Origin: an uncultured Gammaproteobacteria bacterium
GTDB lineage: Bacteria > Patescibacteriota > Patescibacteriia > UBA9934
Assembly (NCBI GenBank): GCA_964452565.1
Contig: CAYVLY010000001.1
Coordinates: 451,053 to 515,052 of the forward strand
DNA: 64,000 nt
Reading direction: 5' to 3'
The notes under the pieces are model-generated. The model was not told where the DNA came from. It saw only the letters and a program-made list of their open reading frames with translations, and searched no databases. The position numbers were made by a program, and so were the translations under genes. The stretch's first letter is position 1; every line of letters begins with the position of its first letter. Below are positions 21,000-29,291 of this stretch, piece by piece.

Positions 21000-21845
21000 T
21001 TAATACAATTTAATTTCATATCCCTCCGATGAGCAAATGACTCTAATATCGCCATGAAGGTCTGTTCTATAGACTTGCACGTTCATCTGATCTAGACGAT
21101 TCAGAACCTCATCATGTGGATGGCCGTAGTCGTTCTCACCAACTGAGATTATCGCCACCTCTGGATCAACTGCTTTGAGAAAATCAACATGCGACGATGT
21201 GTAACTCCCCTGATGCGCAACCTTGAGAATATCTATATCTCCGACATATTCCATGATCGCCAGCTCCTGGTCAGCGCCAATATCACCGGTCAACAAAATT
21301 CGAGTTTCAAAGCATTCGACTAGCATGACGATCGATCCATCATTGGGATCGTCAAGTTGCACCCCTTCGAGGTTCGCGACAGGCCACACGACTTCAATCG
21401 AAACTTGCTCGTCGATCCACAACCTCTCGCCCGACAGCACAGTCGAATCCCTACCCTCGATCAGATCTTCAAACTCATTCGAAAAACTTGTGCCATATTC
21501 TTGCCCACTAACCCAAACACTACCGACCAAATATCTATCAAGTACATCAATCAAACCAGTAAGATGATCAGCATGCGGGTGTGTATTCACAATCAGGTCA
21601 ATCGACCTATCCCAAAACGGCATAACTATGGACAGCTTTTCAACAATCACATTTGATGGTCCGCCATCGATCAATACTTGCATATCGGAGTCGATAAAGA
21701 TTGCATCCCCCTGCCCCACATCAAACACCCACACAGAAACCTCATCACCCCAAGACTGAAATCGGAAAGACTGAATCAGTACTACTATAACCAACGTAAA
21801 AGTTAGGACTGCAATGCTAATGATACGTTTATTTTTGAACTCCAT
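21000..21845 (-). CDS. ComEC/Rec2-type metallo-beta-lactamase domain protein
   Basis: FDVGQGDA, THPHADHLTG, LLTGD, KVAHQGS, GENDYGHPH; N-terminal TM. Confidence 0.93.
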   Translation of the reverse strand: MEFKNKRIISIAVLTFTLVIVVLIQSFRFQSWGDEVSVWVFDVGQGDAIFIDSDMQVLIDGGPSNVIVEKLSIVMPFWDRSIDLIVNTHPHADHLTGLIDVLDRYLVGSVWVSGQEYGTSFSNEFEDLIEGRDSTVLSGERLWIDEQVSIEVVWPVANLEGVQLDDPNDGSIVMLVECFETRILLTGDIGADQELAIMEYVGDIDILKVAHQGSYTSSHVDFLKAVDPEVAIISVGENDYGHPHDEVLNRLDQMNVQVYRTDLHGDIRVICSSEGYEIKLY

Positions 21846-23281
21846 ATTTTGATATTAAGGACCAGCCAACCAAGTAGTGTAATCATGATCACAATCCAAT
21901 GAATCGACTGCATAAACAGATCCAAGCCAGCAAAAGCTTCTACAGTCCAGAGCATCGCAGTGAGTGAAAGCCACGTAGGTGCACTTAGAATCGCAGCGAT
22001 CTTCACACTTATAAGACCCATGCATGTCGCAATAGCACCAGTAGCCATGGCAAGTGGAATCCATGGCAGAACAAACACATTTGCAAATAAACTCACAAGC
22101 GAAAACTCTCCGAATTGCAAAAGTATAACCGGCAAACTCATAAACGTTGCGGCCAAGGTTGCAATAACCGATTCCCTGATCACGAGCTGCTTTGGCAGCC
22201 ACTTCAATCGCTTTTCGATAATCGGAGACAAGTAAATCAGACCAATCGTTGACATCATTGAAAGCTGAAACCCAACATCATCTCGAAGCAACCTTGGATT
22301 GATCATCAACATTATGGAAGCGGTCAAAAGTAATACGTTGATCATGCTGGTACGTCGCCCTGTTTGATTGGCTGTAATCAAAACAATTCCCATTACCCCT
22401 GCTCTAAAAACAGCAGCATCTGCTCCTGCCAACATAATGTATCCAACAACTGCTGCTACTAAGAATGCAAAGGCACGCTGGCGCTTCACGCCAATGGATG
22501 CGAAGAACCCCATTGCAATCCAAAGCACAACTGAAATGTTATAACCTGAGGCCGCAACGATATGAGTAGTCCCTGTTTGTAAGAATCGTTCCTCCCATTC
22601 TTCGCTGAATCGCTGCTCGCCCAACAATAAGCCAACAAGCAAGGACCCATGCGGCTCTCCAAATACTTGATCCAACTTTTTGATAAATGCTGACCGTGCA
22701 TCAAGCAAAATAGACTTCCAGTTCCTATTCCCTTCCTCGATCAAGAAAACATTGTACGTAAAACACGTCGCGTAAATACTTTTCGAAGCTAAGTATCGAT
22801 CGTATGCAAAGTCCTCAATCATTCCAGGCGCCTCAAGCTCACATCGGGCCCTCAGCTGATCGCCATACTCGTACTTAGGATATGGCAAGGTGATGACCTG
22901 AACTCGATCTTCGATCGCAGCATCATTAACGATCAGATTCGACAAAACAATCCGCTGCCAACCATTACTCACTTCAACATCGGCAACAGCGCCATCGATA
23001 ATTAACTCTTGACCTGCATAATTTGCAATCGACTCACTTGAAGGAAAGCTGTGCATATATCGCCATGCACCAACTCCCGATACAAGCAGGCAGATCAAAA
23101 CCAACAGAAAACCAACTTGCCTTACTACTTTAGAAAGCACGATTCCGATCAATGCTATAAAACCTGCGACCCAGATCCACTGCACCTCACTGTTCAAATT
23201 CAAACACCACGACAAAACAGCGATTCCCGCAAGGAACCCGACACATATCGCACGCACTACATTTGATGGTGATACTTTCAT
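21803..23281 (-). CDS. comEC: ComEC competence membrane channel (OB + Competence domains)
   Basis: GTTHIVAASGYNI, AVFRAGVM, DVGFQLS, many TMs; start at 23281 or 23338. Confidence 0.93.
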   Translation of the reverse strand: MKVSPSNVVRAICVGFLAGIAVLSWCLNLNSEVQWIWVAGFIALIGIVLSKVVRQVGFLLVLICLLVSGVGAWRYMHSFPSSESIANYAGQELIIDGAVADVEVSNGWQRIVLSNLIVNDAAIEDRVQVITLPYPKYEYGDQLRARCELEAPGMIEDFAYDRYLASKSIYATCFTYNVFLIEEGNRNWKSILLDARSAFIKKLDQVFGEPHGSLLVGLLLGEQRFSEEWEERFLQTGTTHIVAASGYNISVVLWIAMGFFASIGVKRQRAFAFLVAAVVGYIMLAGADAAVFRAGVMGIVLITANQTGRRTSMINVLLLTASIMLMINPRLLRDDVGFQLSMMSTIGLIYLSPIIEKRLKWLPKQLVIRESVIATLAATFMSLPVILLQFGEFSLVSLFANVFVLPWIPLAMATGAIATCMGLISVKIAAILSAPTWLSLTAMLWTVEAFAGLDLFMQSIHWIVIMITLLGWLVLNIKIWSSKINVSLALQS

Positions 23282-23384
23282 AAGCAAAAACCCCCTCTCG
23301 GGGGCTTTTTCTGGCATTTGCATGACGACTTTTGTCATTTAAACCATAATAAATACCCCCCTGGGTGTCAATAGCTTAAACCTA

Positions 23385-23452
23385 TGGACCTGAAGGGATT
23401 CGAACCCTTTAGACAAAGTTGACAAAAATCGTCTCGCAAGCCTGCCAGGCCC
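23385..23452 (-). ncRNA. tRNA-like / tmRNA-TLD-like element (68 nt) with G3:U70, no canonical anticodon arm
   Basis: Acceptor GGGCCTG/CAGGTCC-A, T arm AAGGG-TTCGAAT-CCCTT, embedded in longer inverted repeat 23369-23469. Confidence 0.5.
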
Positions 23453-23550
23453 ATAGATTAAAGCTATCGAACAAAAAACTCCCCAGTGATCGTTCTAGAA
23501 CAATCAATAGGGAGTTTCTTATTCTATTTCAGCATCCAAAAAGACTAGTG

Positions 23551-24783
23551 TCAATGCGACGTGTGGACTTCTGGCTCAAGTGTGAATTTTGTTAGGAATG
23601 TAATACCAAATGCTGCGACTGCTGCAGCAACAAAGGCAACAGATATAGACATATAAATTGTCAAAACTGCAAGCAAGGCTACGATAATAACACGTCCAAA
23701 GGTAAGCGCCATCTCGCGAATCACTGTGAACTCATCAATATAATGGCCTGAGTCAGCTGCCTTCTCGTAAATCATTACGTCTACTGGCGTACGCATAAGA
23801 ATTGATCCAAACGTATGGAAAGTTGAAACAGCAAACACACCAACAACAGAATCAACTAACGCCTTGAAGAACCACCCCAGAGCATACAAATCAACACCCA
23901 CCTTAATCATCTTTCGTTTATGATGATGGTCAATCTGCTTTCCGACTATTAACTGTAAAAGAATATTCACAACAACCAATAATGACGCAAAGATTCCAAT
24001 ATTTAAGTAAGCGCCATCAAACACGATGAACAAGAATATCGGCCAAGCTATATATCCTACAGCACTATCTGCTCCATAAGCCATCATTGAAAGAGTAAGA
24101 TATCTGTAACGCTTCTGAAACATCTTCTTAAACGTTTCGAGGAATCCATACTCATACTGCACATTTGTGCGTGGCAAGAACGACAATGGAATTAGTGATA
24201 GAAGTACAAGGCCAATGCCAACTGCAAATGCTGCCCCATACGAATATGTCGCGATCATGAATCCACCAGCGATCGGTGCTCCAACTCCCACCAACCTTTG
24301 CAAAGCATAGAATATACCAACTTGCTTTCCCCTGTGCTTTTTAGATGAAAACTTTGCAAAGTCAACGTGAAATGGCGCCCAATAAAACGCATTTGTAATT
24401 GCACTGAATGCAATTAGTAACCCTAAAAATGTCCAAGGGTGAAAATCAGGTGCAACATCAAGTAAATAAGCAGTTCCATAAATCGCGATCCAGGAGATCG
24501 TTCCAATAAACATGCTCGCCACTAAGCCTGTGCGTGAAAAAATCTTCGCACCCCAAATGAAAAACGGAATTCTAAATAGGTAATTTGCTGCAAACCACAA
24601 AAGTGTCCACTGCAGATCTAATCCAAAAAACTCGTACAAAAATACTGGGAAGAATATTCCAATAATCTGAGTTGCGCTAAATCCCAAAAGCCGACTTATC
24701 GCAAGCTGAGGTAATGCTCCCAGGTGTCTGACATCAAACTTGTGATGTGTAAGTGGGAATGATTGTTTATGCTGACTCTTCAT
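23551..24783 (-). CDS. MFS transporter
   Basis: 410 aa, ~12 TM segments, GKQIDHHHKRK loop. Confidence 0.85.
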   Translation of the reverse strand: MKSQHKQSFPLTHHKFDVRHLGALPQLAISRLLGFSATQIIGIFFPVFLYEFFGLDLQWTLLWFAANYLFRIPFFIWGAKIFSRTGLVASMFIGTISWIAIYGTAYLLDVAPDFHPWTFLGLLIAFSAITNAFYWAPFHVDFAKFSSKKHRGKQVGIFYALQRLVGVGAPIAGGFMIATYSYGAAFAVGIGLVLLSLIPLSFLPRTNVQYEYGFLETFKKMFQKRYRYLTLSMMAYGADSAVGYIAWPIFLFIVFDGAYLNIGIFASLLVVVNILLQLIVGKQIDHHHKRKMIKVGVDLYALGWFFKALVDSVVGVFAVSTFHTFGSILMRTPVDVMIYEKAADSGHYIDEFTVIREMALTFGRVIIVALLAVLTIYMSISVAFVAAAVAAFGITFLTKFTLEPEVHTSH

Positions 24784-24865
24784 GCAAATACTATTATAAC
24801 AAAAAGAACCTCAATGGTCTGAGGCTCTCTTGATAATTATTCATCAAGCGTTTTCTGCTCAGTTG

Positions 24866-27800
24866 CTAAACAACGAAGTTGATTAGCCTACCTGGAACAT
24901 AAACTACTTTCTTTACATCGTCCTTGATGTGCTTTGTAACATTCTCATCAGCTTTTGCTAGGTCTTCGACTTCATCCTGAATTGCATCTGGCGCTGCCTG
25001 GACCTCACCACGAAGTTTGCCGTTTACTTGAACTGCAATATTTACAAGCTCATCGACCACAAGCTCCTGATCATACTCAGGCCACTCGCCTTCTTCGAGC
25101 ATCTTCTTTTCACCAAGCTGCTCAGCAAGTTCATTTGCAAGATGTGGCGCAAATGGGCACAAAATCTGTAAGAACCTCTGGAATGTATCTTTTGTAATCG
25201 TATCTGATGCTTGGCACTGATTAACAAATGTCATCATCTGCGCAACTGCAGTGTTGAACCTCATGGTTTCAATATCTTCTGTGACCTTTTTGATCGTCTT
25301 ATGAAGTGCACGTGTAACAAATTCTGGCTCCTTATCTCCAGTCAACTCAGCCAATCGAACTACCCTATCCAAGAATCGCCGAACTCCAACTGATCCATTT
25401 GTATTCCATGGCACAGGCTCTTCAAACGGCCCCATGAACATTTCATAAACACGAAGCGTATCAGCACCATACTTTTCTACAATCTCGTCCGGATTTATTA
25501 CATTGCCCTTGGACTTTGACATCTTGTGACCATCCTCAGCCAAGATCAAACCATGCGAAGTACGCTTTTCATATGGCTCGCTAGTTGGAGCTGCGTCAAT
25601 GTCAAACAAAAACTTATTCCAGAATCGTGAATATAAAAGATGTAGTGTTGTATGCTCCATTCCACCGTTATACCAAGTCACTGGTCCCCAATAATTTAAC
25701 GGGTGGCTCATGTAATCTTTCAGGAACTGAACTTTTTCGTCATCCTCCTTGCCTTCACGAGTCTCTGGGAATGTCTCATGCAAAAAATTATAGTGATGCA
25801 GCATGTACTTTGGAGATAGTGTTTGGAATGACTCACCCCAAAGGAACCCACGCTCAGATAACTCTAAATCTGGCTTATGTAAAATCTGTTGCCTAATCTC
25901 AGGTGGCAAACTCTTATCTCGCAGATGAGTGTAGATATCACCTCCAAGGTGATACGCAGGAACCAACTCAACCATCATTCCGTCCTTTTCAATCCTATTC
26001 CATCCTCGATCTTCTTCATGGACCACAAATCCATCACCACGCAGAATCTCAAGTGCCTTATCAAAGTTTTCTCCAAGAATAAAAAGATCAAGATCGTGCA
26101 TGTGACGCCACAACTCCTTATTAAGTCCATTAATCATTAGTGACCCTGACGCCCAGAGCATAATGTTGTGCTCTGCAAGCAGAGCCTTCATATGCTTGAA
26201 CAAATCAAATAGCTTATGATCTAATTCGTCGGGTTGGATTTCAGCTCGCTTCCATTTATTCACGCCAAACATCTCATTACTCTGCGGTGCAGCATAGCGC
26301 ATAAAGTACCAACTTGATCCTGCCCAGTTTGGCATCACATCAGTTTCACGCCGCGCCGGCTTTCCACACTCAGGACAATCAACACTTACCCAATCTTCTA
26401 TGTTCGAAAGTGGACTCTCGCCGGTATCAGTTGGTTCATACTTATCTACTTCAGGAAGTGTAAGCGGCAATTGCTCCTCGCTCATTGGGAACCATCCGTC
26501 ACCATATCGACTCTTACTCTTACAATGCTCACAATGAACCATTGGAATTGGCTCACCCCAATAACGCTGACGAGAAAAAACCCAGTCACGCAACTTGTAC
26601 TGAACCTTTGATGCCCCAATGCCATAATCCTCAAGCCAATCTGTGATCTTTTTCTTTGCGTCTGCTGTTGAGAGGCCATTCAAGAAATCTGAGTTAATCG
26701 CAGTCCCTTCTCCAGAAAAGCAACAATCAGTCTCTTGAGATCCTTCGACTCCCTCTGGTCGCTCAGGATGACGGATTGCGGTATCCGCGACCGTCACTTC
26801 CACGACTTTTAATCCAAACTTCTGAGCAAACTCGTAGTCACGCTCATCGTGTGCCGGAACTGCCATTATTGCTCCAGTTCCATAGCCTGTCATGACATAA
26901 TCTGCGACCCAGATTGGAATCCTTTCATCTGTGAGCGGATTTAGAGCTTGCAATCCCTTAAGCTCAACTCCTGTCTTTTCTTTTGAAGCATCGCCACGCT
27001 CGAAATCTGATTTTGATGATGCATCTTTGACATATTCTCGAACCTCTTTGATATTTTCAATCTTATCTGAGTGCCTCTCAATCATCCCATGCTCTGGAGC
27101 AATTACCATGTAGGTTGCTCCAAACACAGTATCGGGTCGTGTTGTGAAAACTTCCAAATGATTCTTAGCATGCTCTGGACCATACTCTTCCTCAACAATG
27201 TCAGGGAGTGGGAACTTGATCATTGCCCCCTCTGATCTGCCGATCCAGTTCTTTTGCTGCAGTTTGACTGGTTCGATATAATCCAAAAACTTTAAATCTT
27301 TAATCAACCGATCAGCATACTGAGTAATCCGCAACATCCACTGTTCCTTGCTTCGTTTCTCAACTTCCCCACTACAACGTTCACATGCGCCATTTACAAC
27401 CTCCTCATTTGCAAGTCCAATCTTGCAGTTCAAACACCAGTTGATTGCGACCTTATCTTTGTAAGCAAGTCCGTTTTTGAAAAGCTGCAAAAAGATCCAC
27501 TGCGTCCATTTGTAATACTCGGGATCTGTCGTATTGATCTCGCGCGACCAATCAAAACTAAAACCAAGTGACTGAAGTTGTCTTCGAAATGTATCAGTAT
27601 TTTCTTTTGTAACATCTTGCGGCTTACGACCAGTCTTAATGGCATAGTTCTCTGTTGGAAGACCAAACGCATCCCATCCAATCGGATATAAGACATTGCG
27701 ACCCTCCATGCGCTTTTTGCGCGCGATAATGTCTAGCGCTGTGTAGCTCCTGGGATGACCAATGTGCAGTCCGGCACCTGATGGATATGGAAACTCGATC

Positions 27801-27907
27801 AGAAGATAGTACTTCTCAAGAGTTGGATCATCTTTGGCCTCAAACACGCCGGAATCCATCCAGCGCTTTTGCCATTTCTTTTCAATATTGTTGTGATCGT
27901 AAGGCAT
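24866..27907 (-). CDS. leuS: Leucine--tRNA ligase with inserted nucleotidyltransferase-like domain
   Basis: FPYPSGAGLHIGH, FTTRPDT, GTGAIMAVPAHDERD, KMSKSKGN; 1013 aa. Confidence 0.98.
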   Translation of the reverse strand: MPYDHNNIEKKWQKRWMDSGVFEAKDDPTLEKYYLLIEFPYPSGAGLHIGHPRSYTALDIIARKKRMEGRNVLYPIGWDAFGLPTENYAIKTGRKPQDVTKENTDTFRRQLQSLGFSFDWSREINTTDPEYYKWTQWIFLQLFKNGLAYKDKVAINWCLNCKIGLANEEVVNGACERCSGEVEKRSKEQWMLRITQYADRLIKDLKFLDYIEPVKLQQKNWIGRSEGAMIKFPLPDIVEEEYGPEHAKNHLEVFTTRPDTVFGATYMVIAPEHGMIERHSDKIENIKEVREYVKDASSKSDFERGDASKEKTGVELKGLQALNPLTDERIPIWVADYVMTGYGTGAIMAVPAHDERDYEFAQKFGLKVVEVTVADTAIRHPERPEGVEGSQETDCCFSGEGTAINSDFLNGLSTADAKKKITDWLEDYGIGASKVQYKLRDWVFSRQRYWGEPIPMVHCEHCKSKSRYGDGWFPMSEEQLPLTLPEVDKYEPTDTGESPLSNIEDWVSVDCPECGKPARRETDVMPNWAGSSWYFMRYAAPQSNEMFGVNKWKRAEIQPDELDHKLFDLFKHMKALLAEHNIMLWASGSLMINGLNKELWRHMHDLDLFILGENFDKALEILRGDGFVVHEEDRGWNRIEKDGMMVELVPAYHLGGDIYTHLRDKSLPPEIRQQILHKPDLELSERGFLWGESFQTLSPKYMLHHYNFLHETFPETREGKEDDEKVQFLKDYMSHPLNYWGPVTWYNGGMEHTTLHLLYSRFWNKFLFDIDAAPTSEPYEKRTSHGLILAEDGHKMSKSKGNVINPDEIVEKYGADTLRVYEMFMGPFEEPVPWNTNGSVGVRRFLDRVVRLAELTGDKEPEFVTRALHKTIKKVTEDIETMRFNTAVAQMMTFVNQCQASDTITKDTFQRFLQILCPFAPHLANELAEQLGEKKMLEEGEWPEYDQELVVDELVNIAVQVNGKLRGEVQAAPDAIQDEVEDLAKADENVTKHIKDDVKKVVYVPGRLINFVV

Positions 27908-28076
27908 AGTGCATCTAGTTTATCGAAATCCGCTGAAAATGGGAAATACATATCAAGGTTAAGCCCCCGAGGTTCAACCTTGGATGCAAATCCTGCCAAA
28001 CAAAGGCTTTGACAAACCGACCTTAGTACGGCAATGTATAGCCATCCCTTTCAAACCCCTGCCCATGGAGCAAAGC

Positions 28077-28580
28077 ATGCAACATGCACAACGACCCAGT
28101 ATCTCAACCATGATCCTCGTGTCGCTCTTCGTGGTGAGCCTCGCAGTCCTTATGAGGCCCAACGACACCGAGGTAATCGAGAACGCTAGTGACGTGATGG
28201 TCGGGCCGACAGAAGAAGAACACGAGTTCGCCCACACGATCGTCGACAACAACTGCGACGGCCTCAACTGCTTCGCGTACATCGCCAGTCCGCAGGACAC
28301 GGACGATGAACTCTACGACGCAGGCTCTGATCGCGGCCGGTTCGTGCGCCTCATCACCCCACAGGGAGATGATCTCGCATTCGACATCCGCTACGGTGAC
28401 ATCTTCGTAGCGATCGACATCCTGCACTGCCGGGTCGACTCGAACTGCGGTGTGAGACCAATGCAATTCAATGAGGGGTTCGGTCTCATCTTCTACGACG
28501 CGCCCCGAGGAGATCACAAGCAGACCATGCACCCAAACGATCTGCGCTTCAGCCTAGCACCCAAAAAGGAGACGCCATGA
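28077..28580 (+). CDS. Exported 4-Cys orphan protein (paralog A)
   Basis: GGAG SD, N-terminal TM/signal, shares FxIxxGxIFxAxxxLxCxxDxxCGVR with next gene. Confidence 0.8.
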   Translation: MQHAQRPSISTMILVSLFVVSLAVLMRPNDTEVIENASDVMVGPTEEEHEFAHTIVDNNCDGLNCFAYIASPQDTDDELYDAGSDRGRFVRLITPQGDDLAFDIRYGDIFVAIDILHCRVDSNCGVRPMQFNEGFGLIFYDAPRGDHKQTMHPNDLRFSLAPKKETP

Positions 28581-29002
28581 ACACTCGACACCTCATCCTC
28601 CTGATCATGACCATGCTCTCTGGCTGCTGGTGGGCTCCTTCGGCCCAAGAGGTCGAGCTGATCCGTGCGATCGACGCAGCCGGCTGCGGCTACAACCACA
28701 AGAGATGCAAGATCTACATAGATCGCCGAGAAGAGAGTGATCCTACTGTCCACCTGGAGTACTTCCGCATTGTGAGCGCGGGGTCACTACGGGCAGGAGA
28801 AGATGTCGACAAGACTTTTGAGATAGCAAAGGGCAGGATCTTTCGCGCTCTTGAAGAACTTGACTGCACGAAAGATGGCCACTGTGGGGTCCGGGTATAC
28901 GTCGTGTGCTCGAACATCGTCTACGCCAAGGTTGCTCACCCCAAGAAACAGCCCATCAACATCAACACCGGCATCGATGCTGACATGCTCAAGGAGGAAT
29001 GA
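28577..29002 (+). CDS. Putative lipoprotein, 4-Cys orphan (paralog B)
   Basis: AAGGAG SD, ATGA overlap, lipobox-like LSGC, LDCTKDGHCGVR. Confidence 0.8.
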   Translation: MNTRHLILLIMTMLSGCWWAPSAQEVELIRAIDAAGCGYNHKRCKIYIDRREESDPTVHLEYFRIVSAGSLRAGEDVDKTFEIAKGRIFRALEELDCTKDGHCGVRVYVVCSNIVYAKVAHPKKQPININTGIDADMLKEE

Positions 29003-29004
29003 TC

Positions 29005-29118
29005 ATGCGGAGGATATGGTTCAAGTTCTGGTTCCAGGTCAACTCGAACATGCCATTGATGATCGTCATCGCACTGATCATCGCAGCTGCCTGGCTCCTG
29101 CCCTATGGCAGCCACTAG
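29005..29118 (+). CDS. 37-aa single-TM small protein (below ORF-track cutoff)
   Basis: AAGGAGG SD; MRRIWFKFWFQVNSNMPLMIVIALIIAAAWLLPYGSH; GC hairpin follows. Confidence 0.65.
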   Translation: MRRIWFKFWFQVNSNMPLMIVIALIIAAAWLLPYGSH

Positions 29119-29178
29119 GCGTTCAATATGCCTGTCTCGCCCGCCCGCGTCCCCACCAGGACGCGGCTTCTGCTTTTC

Positions 29179-29240
29179 ACAGAACCCAGACGCCAGACTT
29201 CAGAACCCAGAAAGGATCTTATCTGTGTTCTGTGTTCTGC
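29179..29240. repeat. Inverted heptamer (CAGAACN-type) repeat cluster
   Basis: cagaacc cagacgc cagactt cagaacc cagaaag ... tctgtgt tctgtgt tctg. Confidence 0.75.
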
Positions 29241-29291
29241 CCAAGCACAAGACCCCGACGCGCGGGACGGGGTCGATAGACGGTTGAAACG

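Noticed and set aside
23385-23452. Bacterial Y RNA (YrlA) or canonical tRNA gene
   Set aside because: Arm order is not the permuted YrlA arrangement, no Ro60 gene nearby, and there is no 7-nt anticodon loop or D stem
25700-26280. Intein in LeuRS
   Set aside because: No C/S start with HN-C/S/T end and no LAGLIDADG motif; NTase motifs instead
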